IMG/VR virus record: IMGVR_UViG_3300047387_000084
Coordinates: 1-60,298 of that record
Reading direction: 5' to 3' (one strand)
Source of the DNA: a virus
Taxonomy: Duplodnaviria; Caudoviricetes
Length of the DNA stretch: 60,298 nucleotides
This document shows, piece after piece, positions 36,301 through 44,251 of this stretch. Made by a program: the position numbers and the translations under genes. The notes below the pieces were generated by a model that did no database searches, was not told the DNA's origin, and saw nothing but the letters and a program-made list of their open reading frames with translations. The stretch's first letter is position 1. Each line of letters opens with the position of its first letter.

Positions 36301-38350
36301 GACCAAGAAGGCTGAATCCTGATGTGATAACGCCAGTAATTGTCCCGCTAAGAAGACCTGCTCCTAATGCTCTATCGTGGATCTGTTCCTTAGAAAGATC
36401 AGAAGACTGCCTCAAGGCGTTTGTGACTGTTCCATATGTTGAGGCTCCTGATCGTGTCGCCGCTGGAATAAAAATAGCCGTCTGGACTCCTAGTTTACGA
36501 GCAAGTGAATTATTATAAGCCTTTAGAGCGTCATTTGCTAGCTTCCCGTCAATTTGTTTAAGAGAAGCCTCGATGACTTCCGATAAGGGTTTGGAAGAAC
36601 CACCTCTACCAATAATTCTAGGAGCCGATTTAATCACATTTGAAGTGATATTTTTAGTAAGAGCTTTGATTCCTGCAACAGATCCTGCCCTCGCCGTTAC
36701 ATAAGCTGCGCCACCAACACCCCCTACAGGGGCCGTTCCAGCAGCCAGTAATCCCGTCGCTAAAAGATCTGTAGTCATAGGGGCGATTGCTTCTAAGATC
36801 TCCGCCGTATAACCATATTCCTGATTAAAGAGTTTAGCGACTTCTCTCCGGTCGGAAGCATCCTGAGAAGCTTGTGCTAAAACATTAGCTGCGCTTTCAT
36901 TACCAAACGCAGCAGGGACTGCCGCTAAAAGCGTTGCAGAACCTTCAACAACCGAAGATAATATACCTTTTGTCCTCTCCCAATAAGTGCTGTAATTATC
37001 TTTATCTTTTAAGAACTCATTTAAGATCTCGTGATTCTGTTTTCCATTAGCACGCCCTTCCATAAGAGCTTCACGCCATTCATCGTCCACACCACTCCGA
37101 CTAAGAACTCGGTCATATTGAGCGAAGTTACTATTTAACAAAGAAGTTCTCTGAAGTCTTAGCTGCTCGAAAATCTCTGGGTCAAGATCTGTGCGTGCTT
37201 TCGCCATCGCTTCAAAAGCGTTCTCATTTACAAGAGCCGCAGAGTGGACAACTGGAATACCGGTGGAGGTCATTCTAATATTTTTACCGGCTTCTTCACC
37301 TTCGTATAAATCAAAGAGGCTAGTGCTAGAAGCCTCCTCCAGAACTAAATAGTCATAAGCATTCTTAATATCCTCATAAGAAAACTCTTCACCTTCAGGG
37401 ACAAATGAATAAGAATCTAGCTTATCTTTCAACTCATGAACAACACGTTGGTTGCTAACCGCCTGCAATTCTTCCATCTGCTCATCACGCCTCTCCTTCT
37501 CTTCAGAGAAGAACCCAAAAAAAGCATCGCTGATGTCGTCTAATTTACGGGCAGTCCAGTCCATAAGACCTTCATCTTCTCCTTCAGATAAGTTCTGAGC
37601 GTGTGCTTTAATCTGGTCAGAGAAAACAGAATCTTCTTTAGCAAGACTAGATAAAACATTACGGGCTTCATTGAAGCGATTATATTTAAATCTCTGCATC
37701 TTCGTGCCTGCGACAACTTCGAGTTGCCCTTGAGCGAGATAAGCATCTGCTAGGGAAACACCTCCCGCTTTAGACGCTTCAAGAGCCTCACTAAGGCTCA
37801 TCTTAGTTGCGGCGTCCCCCGCAAGAATCACGCGGTTTCCTTCTGCGTCGGTAGTTGCAATGAATGGTAGCTCACCGGAGTGTAGCATTTTTCTCTTCGC
37901 AGTCTCATATTGACGGTCTAAAGCATTATTAGCTGCGACCTCCATCTGCTGAAGTTGCTCATCCCCTTCAGATAAGGTGTCACGGGCCGCTTTATACTCG
38001 GTCAGAATTCCCCAATCACTACTGTTAGTATCAATATGGCTTTGAGCTAAATTAAGTCTGGTATCAAATGAGGCTGTTGGGGCTGAAGAAAGATTTTTAA
38101 AACCCTCATAGTCTCCTTGTTCTAGATGACCGTCTTTAACCAGAGAACCAAACAGTCCTTGCTGGATATCAACCTCCATTTTTGGTGATACGAGACCAGC
38201 GTCAATATACGATTTACGTAGATAATTAGCGTAATCTAGTTTTCCCTTAACAGGATCTACAATCTGCTTGTCAGCCGACCATTGTGAAAATTTAAGATAC
38301 TCTGGCTTTGCAGAGCTTAGGGCTTGCAGCGTTTTTTCGTAGTCAGTCAT
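27335..38350 (-). CDS. Giant polyvalent ejection/internal virion protein (3671 aa)
   Basis: No Cys seen; zincin motifs EEYVH and HELAH; GNAT-like segment; Gly/Ala hydrophobic stretches; helical C-terminus. Confidence 0.8.
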   Translation of the reverse strand: MTDYEKTLQALSSAKPEYLKFSQWSADKQIVDPVKGKLDYANYLRKSYIDAGLVSPKMEVDIQQGLFGSLVKDGHLEQGDYEGFKNLSSAPTASFDTRLNLAQSHIDTNSSDWGILTEYKAARDTLSEGDEQLQQMEVAANNALDRQYETAKRKMLHSGELPFIATTDAEGNRVILAGDAATKMSLSEALEASKAGGVSLADAYLAQGQLEVVAGTKMQRFKYNRFNEARNVLSSLAKEDSVFSDQIKAHAQNLSEGEDEGLMDWTARKLDDISDAFFGFFSEEKERRDEQMEELQAVSNQRVVHELKDKLDSYSFVPEGEEFSYEDIKNAYDYLVLEEASSTSLFDLYEGEEAGKNIRMTSTGIPVVHSAALVNENAFEAMAKARTDLDPEIFEQLRLQRTSLLNSNFAQYDRVLSRSGVDDEWREALMEGRANGKQNHEILNEFLKDKDNYSTYWERTKGILSSVVEGSATLLAAVPAAFGNESAANVLAQASQDASDRREVAKLFNQEYGYTAEILEAIAPMTTDLLATGLLAAGTAPVGGVGGAAYVTARAGSVAGIKALTKNITSNVIKSAPRIIGRGGSSKPLSEVIEASLKQIDGKLANDALKAYNNSLARKLGVQTAIFIPAATRSGASTYGTVTNALRQSSDLSKEQIHDRALGAGLLSGTITGVITSGFSLLGRGGIDDAFLRGMSFKEFKTVLNSVDDFAETFTTDKVKSVLKSTIKKSQAKGGKFGLLSSIGRNFGDEAMEEGLDQFINSYVEDAALDQDTPMMDRLEQTFDAMVIGGVLGAGAPAVQKVGSRFKLDASMRQQQEVDFRRNIFESASENLRDTGSPITAAVLETQYKLAARVRDESAPLLGEEVQPEAVTLSVGQRLDAIAPEEVEQITTTISDDFGATLPEDLKNKSISEIISIADTADPEAEVTTEQKVAIEIRNSVVASLDRLDEASQQKAAEDVVKADQKEREDTEEIISTIQQTPDKVLRRKVNEVLFLNSPEKLENFPNAKDKKAIQNAEKTTGDIFIDAEYVVEQDEVEEVSSLKVQFIDQPDRNIFKSGDEFTVEEIDAVEAVLDLAETGFPVRFNSNKTYGVPFTTKKLADKSEFLAKQIFSKYPHIKSEYYASKFTGMRAITRFDPSTSKVSKGKVKGFLDNRGNGIFNNDPVTMAEMLAHEIRIPVPDSVNVFDINPSIKVRGGYVIDVLKPSDTGIGVETAVEPVTPIKSLEFDAAAIEKLTRIPFIEATKDDVVMPYGTREINERGFTQDVSDRSVTFGDVKQQLDDFYDKSKEDQGLRKALLQGSRGASLQQGYDLLDDTNADIAFNEAYLEYVRLLHLYELKGQAEGSLANFVEKVAGEVRVKNTKKSKGVFKKALLSRVGIDSEVELAQAVQPFIAGKGNTHTDSIIAFIDSQVFGNDAFKAGSMPTFDSIFKAKVKNYIAKEKLRGVQKGKDIQVNNADFDLEQIPDPQQDIYGEGEQDVAYSGSLGSVDASDTIDKNTFYKTLKSAITGMVEQIDASPSLRASIVDLYIEAIQPNATPRQRGIVSEMATPDLMAHLGTYLGTGSHTSRPEVLQFVSRLESETLDAGVNIKDALYLSFLTYRYEGNPLNNSEAITEIQRLMGNSLGRDFSRRDATNFIKSMDQAVRRRFSRAHVSEEVRAALEQQNKVDVERLGLVDGDPESIVSALKKIAKTSDRKSHKLVADLLLEDEAFIRSVEFSMGESLYSVAGQHSLLKDGRHVVYVNLRTGNGLGLENVLLEEYVHAFLSDVASKPEESLNENQRAARQRLQSLFTLAEKEYRKSKISTPVMEDAFENFDEFLAKFLLSPKLQAHIKSLEPPAGQRGFFKRIMESLISMFRKITGREKNIYTEALSDVISLSKTPFRATAVPPSQAAMESAEAAAQDIEDVTEVVGVQEDQTRETLTPKQIESQPDPEQVQIDENIDNVIDTIQDSGDLTTTDQRKMEAVMLHLKNRLPLGVEVSIDMGMDSPASAIRNTVQINPRILMQDLENFDLLGSKVYVETLLNHELAHVASYNALTKKEIQEYISTFDETDFIEVANAYYRNEADRDASIDLIQTQITEDTDPEVVRRITIEASRLAEEKLRMHLEKVRTGTTTEEDYDFWSSKPSLLAIITRYIRAYFSKLAAIKQMNRGSSALDSLLMKVDREATLLNIGFNRSTDLQSLDVDDPDASALEFARLTNYDPIEEATVLQEQAESAVRLYASSIPVDYPNTLMRRARLRMNDASEFVIDERDRVDVALERGDIDEQDARAIRRLRDDDEIESLIQEELAEELSGVSQFTPVDLDVVSPDINLGSIVSAIKSLSNDNYKAEVDVYEDDYSGAFNIDIRLVDPSGKTIAELQDTEIRPSKEISVGYMVNKTEASKGFSSDLMTALIMVSEQAGIEKVITEAAGSNKGSVLKRRIVSSFNNIAQTLSEEESDTDKGEFLEQSKLNQSFAMNGYSTWPKLGFRPNNPELIQKIISKSRDPEYTTELADDLVDQIVFNKRKFFADLPENKKQVILKKLREEASNIANQVSQSADFLESVAIKDTNGNIDLVKTLKAGRPSQNNKAANAWKDIGESVDVTFDLTDGSDSLQAYAKQTIHPILLRQKEVRALVAEYKQAKEQPDVNIEALRDDFNDRASDMGIDFKLFASRGVPTTLISNLDFSNVVKLLEMPMAEFQTYKKPDTWLARILKGDVGSPVRDLIEQRDEFKRASISAVKAFQSKFKAVVKDENITLTKDLLNTIAEAQGYYDGNLVSDTFYAKEEAAHKARKELIEKNDKLTKAEKKTQISTSKQLRNKNISDAEQNAISSIEDTKNKAVQTLSRISPKLARLIVSMRKELIQPIQNKLSDAGISKELKIRIDQTGGFYITRAYRIFSDPTFAKKVKEDAKYNKIRLAAMDFFEDNLKKQTREAALQRGESASEADKAADKALRDANKQAGNGRTYAQNVLETFISRYEGVISGDSAVSSRYSKVVKNLTKRKDLQKPLRDLLGEYGAESGTDLIVRTFSTVSNLAAEQVFRSNLAKVGKKQGFLVEPNEARKNPELYTELKPSANRNDPLHNLYVKKELFEDLKDVVSPVGGSLSSSTAQRTVGSIAATLQNLTGKSMLLKTLGSVGFYLRNILGNALFFGPAQGMSGSWNVLTDSLSFSLEQWKDPNKMDAYLTELVGLGVFGDELRAGMIRELLSGEVSPEAKLSKLNKFFERVPASADIKKFVKGTEEKLAGLSASIDGSFKIAYFEHELDVLRKAKKQYPNSDIGKMDDYALKRMAAKKIKMTAQSLSQAPPIVKELTKGNFGLLLAPFLRFKAEVPRIVYNTYTLAKEEKASNNPAIQARGKKRFKSMNAMLFGVSSTSAYALAWLLGIGDDEDEALRKSMPAYLKGHTFFYFGDSDDLTSIDLTYLNPFSLLADPVMRGFEDLVKGNVGDAAFSFLKGIFLDQYLDDQILAGSLLDLRDNRDATTGRRIFIPEADGFLTISTKMMRYLLEGAYEPRLLKDGKEAFNAYLADYDKFSDSPYGELLDGMLPVKLHSVDAEQQFRRFLRDHQSRLKDVTDQKFKLYSDKPITDDDVREVYENDLRGRMALNNELYRVTKGFQKLGVNIGTQASVMKQYGIGKDKARLMFFGAMDRPDINKRFADGLMQRGHADRASLLYEERDKQPRYLMLED

Positions 38351-38379
38351 AGCTGAATAATATATGTTAGGGAGAATTT

Positions 38380-39342
38380 CTATTCGTCAAAAGCGGACTG
38401 TAGCCCGATCACTGGCTCAGGGCTATATTGAGCTAGTTTGTTAGCGATTAAATCATTCGCTAGTTTAAGGAGATCTTGGTCTGAACGCCCTTCAATAAAC
38501 TTATCTGGAGAAGGAAAGTTAGATAACAAAAACCTAAGAGAACTTTTAAGTCGAGATTTAGAAACAGCGTCTAATTTAGGCTCTTGCCCAGCTACCTTAT
38601 CCTGTGTTGATTGATCGAACTTTAACTGACCTAGACTTGTTTGGAAGGATTTAATATTACTAATGTAGGATTTAGTGGCTTCCTCAGAAGCTTTTTGTCT
38701 AGATAGCCCGAGAGTTTGTTCTTGCGCCTGCTTCCCTGCCTTCATCATTATCTCTTCAGCAGTTGAAACTTCCCCACTTCGTTGGGCTATTTCTTTTGCC
38801 ATATCAAATTCACCTATCTTGGAGGCTGCTTCGACAAGAGATAATTCACGGGCTTCGAGTTCTTTTTGCCTCTTCTCTTCAAAGAGTTGCTCTTCTTTCC
38901 GCTGTTTCTCAGAAAAAGACTGGGCCTTCAAGACATCCCCCGCAGAGCTAAACAACTGATTCAAAGAAGAACCAGCAGCCATATAAGGAGCTACTGACAT
39001 TGAGATCTTTCCTAGCTCCACAAACTTTTCGTTTGTATTGATTGTGTCGTCTTCAAAGATAGAATTAATTTTATCAGCTACTACAGGGCGCATAGCCAAA
39101 GCCTCATTCTGAGCCTCTGCTCTTTTCTTCGCCTGATCAAATTCAAATTGCTGACGCCTAAACGAAAGATCTTGAATATCCATGTTTTGTTGCTGTTGCA
39201 TCAGCTTCATCGTCTGCTGCTGCATCGGCAAAACAACCTCCTGCCGATAACGCATCGTTTGATCAAAAGCTCGCTCACCAGCAAGCATTGGAAAATACTG
39301 CTGCTGGAGGGGTGCTATATCCTGATTGTAATCTATGGCCAT
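38380..39342 (-). CDS. Putative internal virion/ejection protein
   Basis: Helical, Gln-rich, Cys-free, upstream of the giant gene. Confidence 0.6.
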   Translation of the reverse strand: MAIDYNQDIAPLQQQYFPMLAGERAFDQTMRYRQEVVLPMQQQTMKLMQQQQNMDIQDLSFRRQQFEFDQAKKRAEAQNEALAMRPVVADKINSIFEDDTINTNEKFVELGKISMSVAPYMAAGSSLNQLFSSAGDVLKAQSFSEKQRKEEQLFEEKRQKELEARELSLVEAASKIGEFDMAKEIAQRSGEVSTAEEIMMKAGKQAQEQTLGLSRQKASEEATKSYISNIKSFQTSLGQLKFDQSTQDKVAGQEPKLDAVSKSRLKSSLRFLLSNFPSPDKFIEGRSDQDLLKLANDLIANKLAQYSPEPVIGLQSAFDE

Positions 39343-39347
39343 TTTCT

Positions 39348-40247
39348 CTAAGATACTTGCTCTTTTCTTAAACGTATAGGTTGTTGGAGAGCCATTCTAC
39401 GCGCATCAGCTTCCTTTGCGCGTCTCTCAGTTTCAGTCAGGATCTTATCCTGCTTCTGTGCTTCTCGCGCAGCTATAATTCTTTGGGTCATTCTCTGCCC
39501 ACGGGCAGCGGGGGTGTCGATTGAAGGCTCCTCCATGCGGGCCATCTCCCCTCTCATAGCCATCTGTTGAGCAGCAGCACCGTAACCTTGACGACGGAGC
39601 CTCCGAGCAGCTCTACGGAACTTACCCGATGCAGGCCCGATAGGGCGAGCTTTTTGACGGAGAGGAGACCCACTACCGATTTCATAGTTTGGGTCTTGCA
39701 TGGCTTTTAATGTGGCAAGCCCAGTCCCAAACTCCCTCTGAAACAAGACTTTCTGAGCAGCTTCTTCTTTAGAGGTAGCTCCTGTTTCAGCTACTGCTTC
39801 TTTTTCTTTAGCAGCTTTTTCTTGATCGAACGCCTTCATTCCTAAATCGACATAAGATTCTCCCAAAGAAGTGGCGAGGGCTTTCATCGGATCTGAAATA
39901 TCTTCTTTAGTTTCTTCAGGAAACATAGACAACCCAGCAAGAGATTCACCTGCTTGTTCCACAGACATCTTAGTATCTCCTCTAGGGATGACGGACAAAT
40001 CAGATAAATAATCACCTGCTTGTGCCGTAGACATCTCATTATTTTCTTCTTTAGGGATGGCTGATAAACTATCTAAATAGTCACCCGCTTGTTGCACAGA
40101 CATTCCAGTATCGTTATCGAGAGCCTCGTTTACCTTAGCTTCGGCTTGAGCTTTTGCTTCTGCTTCTGCTGAGGCCGCAGCCGCAGCTTTTGCTTTTGCT
40201 CTTTTCTCTTTGTCGTTATCAACAGGGTTGTTATTATTTTCAGACAT
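39348..40247 (-). CDS. Putative internal virion/ejection protein with three MSxxQAG repeats
   Basis: Ala-rich, Cys-free; ATG at 40247. Confidence 0.6.
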   Translation of the reverse strand: MSENNNNPVDNDKEKRAKAKAAAAASAEAEAKAQAEAKVNEALDNDTGMSVQQAGDYLDSLSAIPKEENNEMSTAQAGDYLSDLSVIPRGDTKMSVEQAGESLAGLSMFPEETKEDISDPMKALATSLGESYVDLGMKAFDQEKAAKEKEAVAETGATSKEEAAQKVLFQREFGTGLATLKAMQDPNYEIGSGSPLRQKARPIGPASGKFRRAARRLRRQGYGAAAQQMAMRGEMARMEEPSIDTPAARGQRMTQRIIAAREAQKQDKILTETERRAKEADARRMALQQPIRLRKEQVS

Positions 40248-40249
40248 AA

Positions 40250-40543
40250 TTACCAAAGTTTTTTACACGCCCAATAGCGTGCGGTTGTTTTATCTTTTGC
40301 AGTTTTGCAGTTGTGCCTAGCTCGGAAATTAGCTCGACGTTTAGGGTTCTTGTGTTTTGTAAAATCGCTGTAATCTCGGTGGCCGTAGCCGACTTTCTTG
40401 ATTTTGTCGCCCTCCTTACCTAGAACGACAAATTTCTTTTTCGATCCTTTTGGCGCACGCTTCGGCTTATTGAAGCCCGCAAAAGTCTCGCCGTGGTATT
40501 GGATACGGCCAGACGGGAGCCTCTTGAAACGCTTATTCGCCAC
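40250..40543 (-). CDS. Small basic protein, DUF5754-like
   Basis: KKKFVV...GYG..DYSDFTKHK...RRANFRARH. Confidence 0.65.
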   Translation of the reverse strand: MANKRFKRLPSGRIQYHGETFAGFNKPKRAPKGSKKKFVVLGKEGDKIKKVGYGHRDYSDFTKHKNPKRRANFRARHNCKTAKDKTTARYWACKKLW

Positions 40544-40549
40544 AGGCAG

Positions 40550-40578
40550 AAGATACAGGTTTTAGGGAAAAGTGTCAA
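40550..40578 (-). promoter_or_regulatory. Sigma70-type promoter, probably leaderless
   Basis: TTGACA-17 nt-TATCTT, GTG 6 nt later. Confidence 0.7.
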
Positions 40579-40594
40579 TCTTCGGGATTCTGGT

Positions 40595-40670
40595 AAAAAA
40601 CTTTTCTCTGAGGCTCTTAGTACTCTATAATATATTATACAGTACTAAAGGCTTAGAAGAAAAGTTTTTA
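40595..40670. repeat. ~76 bp imperfect palindrome, copy 2
   Basis: One internal substitution relative to copy 1 (GGCTTAG vs GGCCTAG). Confidence 0.95.
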
Positions 40671-42458
40671 TCCGAGTAGGCTACTCTCTGGATTATTGAG
40701 TGCGCCACTAAGCGTTTTTATCGAAACCTGTTTCCTGAACCCCGAACCCTTTTCGTCTTTTGGTGGATCAACAGCCACGAGTCCTAAACGCTGGCGAGCG
40801 CAATCGAGAGCAAGGAACGCTGCGTCCGCTAAGTCAGGCGACCTGCCAAACCTAGCTTTAAACTCTACTTTTGATTCAATTTTCACTCTTAGCGTGCCTG
40901 TTCCTTTAGTCATATCGTAGTTTCTGGCACACATTTCTTGTGCAAGGTCAGAGGATACACCGTAGATTTGCTTAGTTCTAAGCAGTTCTTTGCCGACGAA
41001 CCAGAGTTCTGACACTCTATTAGTGTAGAGTTCTGCTCCGGTAAGCTGACTGTTCATACTAACTCTCTTGTCGGAACCTTTTCCGCCAAAGGTAACGCGC
41101 ATGAAGTCGCTCGACCACTCACCAGCCAGCACGTCACAGAATGGCGCACCCGCTCCGGTGGAGTCGAGAGCCACATTATTGGCAGAAATATTCCTACGTT
41201 TACAGTGATCAATAATTTGGTGGACAATCTGGTAGGTTCGGGGAACCGCTTTATTTGTAGCATCATCGTTTAGGTGTATGGATTCGCCTAACTTGCAGAC
41301 ATACTGACCGTTTCGAGCGTAACCAACTTCAGCGGTATACATAATAGTCCTGTCGCCGCCGTTCGTGAACGCCGGATCGATTCCGGCAACGGTGGTCGGC
41401 TTCTCTGCCCAATCGACTTCGCCCATCGCACCACCCTTAGTTAGCTCTGCTTCTGAGTAGATTCCGGTTGTTTCGTCGCTATCGAAGAAAACGGCTCGGA
41501 CCATTCGCATATAGCCTCTGGATTCCGGCCCTAATAACGCCCTGTCCTCTGCTAGCTTCTCAGCGGTTGGTAGCCAAGGAAACTTAACTTCTCCTAACGT
41601 AATATTAGGACTGCGCTCCCCATCAAGTCGGAGGTAGTGGCCTTTCCATTTCGTGGTCCATCTGTCAGCGGTCTGCGTATCTATAGACTCCCACCCCTTC
41701 TTAGGTTCTGACCAAACGCCGAAAGCGTCGAATCGGCTATTCGGGTTGGACATACCGATCATCTGGAAGAACGGGTTCTTCGATAAGTTGGTCAGACCAG
41801 CCTGTAAGATACTTTCAGAAAGTTCTGAAAGTTCATCACCAATCATAATTACCCGCTTCTGCTTGATACCGATAAATTTGCCGATTGCCTCTCGCGTCTT
41901 CGACTTCTCCGCCGCGATAAGTGATAATCCAGCTCTTTCGATAAGTGTCCCGTTCTCATCTACGTAAGCGGCGTTACCGATTGAGTCCCGTATCTTGATT
42001 GGCGCACCGTCGATCACGGACAACAAAGACATGACTGAACCCCAAATCCTTTTTCGTGCTTCCCGTAAGGTGGTTGATGTCATCAGGACCAGTGTATCGC
42101 GTGGCTGACTTAGCCATTGGACGATCCCCCATGCGGCCATCGTATGTGATTTACCACTACTGGCGGAACCGCCGATAGCGAGATACTTATGCTTAATTGC
42201 AGCGCGTATCATTTGCTCTGCCCAAGGATGGCGGACCATCATCTTCTCCGGCAGTTCTTCTCTATTCCAAAGTTCATCGCAGATCCTCCAAAAATAAAAC
42301 TCCTTAGCCTTATCGTTAGGGTGATGGGCAAAGCCATACAATAGAGCAGTGAGGAGACTGGTAGGCTGGATCATGAGTCCGCCTACGTCCATTTTCTTGT
42401 TAGTGGGGTCGATACGCGGCTCTAGAACGCGCTTGCGCTTGTCTGCTTCTGAAGGCAT
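40668..42458 (-). CDS. terL: Terminase large subunit
   Basis: Walker A GSASSGKS, Walker B MIGDE, SNP coupling motif, nuclease GIDPA and SPDLADA; ATG at 42458. Confidence 0.9.
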   Translation of the reverse strand: MPSEADKRKRVLEPRIDPTNKKMDVGGLMIQPTSLLTALLYGFAHHPNDKAKEFYFWRICDELWNREELPEKMMVRHPWAEQMIRAAIKHKYLAIGGSASSGKSHTMAAWGIVQWLSQPRDTLVLMTSTTLREARKRIWGSVMSLLSVIDGAPIKIRDSIGNAAYVDENGTLIERAGLSLIAAEKSKTREAIGKFIGIKQKRVIMIGDELSELSESILQAGLTNLSKNPFFQMIGMSNPNSRFDAFGVWSEPKKGWESIDTQTADRWTTKWKGHYLRLDGERSPNITLGEVKFPWLPTAEKLAEDRALLGPESRGYMRMVRAVFFDSDETTGIYSEAELTKGGAMGEVDWAEKPTTVAGIDPAFTNGGDRTIMYTAEVGYARNGQYVCKLGESIHLNDDATNKAVPRTYQIVHQIIDHCKRRNISANNVALDSTGAGAPFCDVLAGEWSSDFMRVTFGGKGSDKRVSMNSQLTGAELYTNRVSELWFVGKELLRTKQIYGVSSDLAQEMCARNYDMTKGTGTLRVKIESKVEFKARFGRSPDLADAAFLALDCARQRLGLVAVDPPKDEKGSGFRKQVSIKTLSGALNNPESSLLG

Positions 42459-42461
42459 AAT
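42433..42461 (+). promoter_or_regulatory. Promoter for the terS-like/replication operon, probably leaderless
   Basis: TTGCGC-17 nt-CATAAT, ATG 7 nt later. Confidence 0.55.
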
Positions 42462-42468
42462 TAAATCG

Positions 42469-43110
42469 ATGTCTGAAAAACCTATACGAGAGTGCGAGGC
42501 TGAAGCCTTGCGCCTTAACAAAGAAGGTTACAGTAATAGTGCGATTGGTCAACACATTGGGGTCCACCGCAATACAGTCCGTAAATGGTTAAAGAAACAC
42601 GGAGTCGCCGCTAAGATGAACGGAGACATGGTAGATGGTAAAGTTCTCGACAACCTGATTCATAATACAGACATCAAAGAAGAACACCTAAAACCAGATG
42701 CTGACAAAGATCAGCTCAAAGAGGATGTTGAAGAACACTTCAACGAGACGATGAGTTCCGCTATTGTCGAAGAGCGGTTCCGTGCATCCAAACAAGAGGA
42801 TGTTACCCTCAACGAGATAGCCGAAGCACAGAACTCTCCGGCTGATAAATACCAACACTATATCGCCGCAGCCGGAATTAAGTTGTTGCGGGACTCTATA
42901 AAGACTTTACGTGGGCCGAGAACCATTCGTGAGATGTCAGAACTCGATCAGCTCATTAGACGTAACTTAGGTCTTAACGCAAAGACTGGTGGTGGGACTA
43001 GCAAAATGCAAATCGATATTTCTATCCTAAATAACTCTAAGGCAGACAAAGGCGGTGGTGCGATCAGGCAGAAAAAAACGATTGACGCGGAGACCGGAAA
43101 CGAGATTTAA
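42469..43110 (+). CDS. HTH protein, putative terminase small subunit
   Basis: N-terminal HTH GYSNSAIGQHIGVHRNTVRKW, helical middle, C-terminal beta strand; adjacent to terL. Confidence 0.6.
   Translation: MSEKPIRECEAEALRLNKEGYSNSAIGQHIGVHRNTVRKWLKKHGVAAKMNGDMVDGKVLDNLIHNTDIKEEHLKPDADKDQLKEDVEEHFNETMSSAIVEERFRASKQEDVTLNEIAEAQNSPADKYQHYIAAAGIKLLRDSIKTLRGPRTIREMSELDQLIRRNLGLNAKTGGGTSKMQIDISILNNSKADKGGGAIRQKKTIDAETGNEI
42525..42552 (-). promoter_or_regulatory. Candidate terL promoter inside the terS-like gene
   Basis: TTGACC-16 nt-TAACCT. Confidence 0.45.
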
Positions 43111-43120
43111 TATTATTACA

Positions 43121-43351
43121 ATGTTCCAAGACCGTGAGCCAGAGGTAGGGCCGAAGTTTATTACCCGAATTGATGAGGGGGCGGACTTCCGTTTTCCGAT
43201 AGATACCGCCGATGGCCTTTGGTATCGTGTGAAGCCTTCAACGGCTCGCGAAGTATTTTACTTGCAATCGTTGCCGAAAGGGATCAGGATTCTTGTACCT
43301 GCTGAAGGCGATGGCCTACTAGTCAGAGGAGACTCAATACCTGTAAAATGA
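43121..43351 (+). CDS. Hypothetical protein
   Basis: ATG at 43121; ATGA coupling to the next gene. Confidence 0.6.
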   Translation: MFQDREPEVGPKFITRIDEGADFRFPIDTADGLWYRVKPSTAREVFYLQSLPKGIRILVPAEGDGLLVRGDSIPVK

Positions 43352-43761
43352 AACCAGAAACACTATTTCGTCTTCACCAAGAGACGTGCGCGAAAACGCT
43401 CGACATTATGCGAGCAAAGAACAGCGACTACTGCGGGGGTGAGAACACTGTTGACGCACTCGCCAACTTTAAGACTGCTAAATCACTTGGCCTCCATCCG
43501 GTCACCGGACTCTTGTTAAGAATGCAAGATAAGCTGATGCGTATTAAATCGTTCGTTAACGATGGTGAGCTAAAAGTAGCCGGTGAGTCAGTTGACGATG
43601 CCTGTGAGGATCTCGTGAACTACTCTATTCTAGCGAAAGCGTTACTTAGTGAAGAGCGTGAGTGTGGCACTTGCAGTAATCCAGTTTCTGGTGGTGAGTG
43701 CGACAATTTGTATTGTCCTGAGAAATTTCATAGAATTCCTCCGGTCAAATTAAACCATTAG
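43348..43761 (+). CDS. DUF1599-like (nucleotide-modification-associated, all-alpha) protein
   Basis: KNSDY...NF...RMQDKLMR...ESVDDACEDLVNY. Confidence 0.75.
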   Translation: MKPETLFRLHQETCAKTLDIMRAKNSDYCGGENTVDALANFKTAKSLGLHPVTGLLLRMQDKLMRIKSFVNDGELKVAGESVDDACEDLVNYSILAKALLSEERECGTCSNPVSGGECDNLYCPEKFHRIPPVKLNH

Positions 43762-43765
43762 TCTT

Positions 43766-44251
43766 ATGGTGGTCGGGATCGACAACGGACTCGATGGTGG
43801 ACTTTGTGCGATATCTAAATATGATGGCGGCATCATCGATAAAATTCGGATGCCAACTCTCCAGATGTCGAAGAAAAAAGAAATCGACATCCGTTCAATT
43901 AACCAGTGGCTCCTCGATTTTAATACACCATTCGATCTCGCCATCGAAGAACCATTAGCTCACGCAAAAAGCAGCCAAGCTGTTAGATCAATGGCTATTA
44001 GCTTTGGTAAGCTAATTGGTATGGCTGAGTCACACGAGTATCCAGTCATGCGTGTGAGCGTCCATAAATGGCAAAAGCATATGCTTGGTCGGACGCCAAA
44101 AGGTAAAACCAAAGAAGCAGCTTTAGCATTGGCTGATTCACTCGCGCCAGAAGAGAACTGGCTTGCAAACAAGAGGTGTAAAAAACCTCACGATGGGATG
44201 ATCGATGCCTACCTTATTGCCCAGTATATTTGGGGCGGTAAAAAAAGTTGA
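43766..44251 (+). CDS. RuvC-like Holliday junction resolvase
   Basis: VGIDNGLDG, IEE, W(Q)K and DGMIDAYLIA. Confidence 0.8.
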   Translation: MVVGIDNGLDGGLCAISKYDGGIIDKIRMPTLQMSKKKEIDIRSINQWLLDFNTPFDLAIEEPLAHAKSSQAVRSMAISFGKLIGMAESHEYPVMRVSVHKWQKHMLGRTPKGKTKEAALALADSLAPEENWLANKRCKKPHDGMIDAYLIAQYIWGGKKS

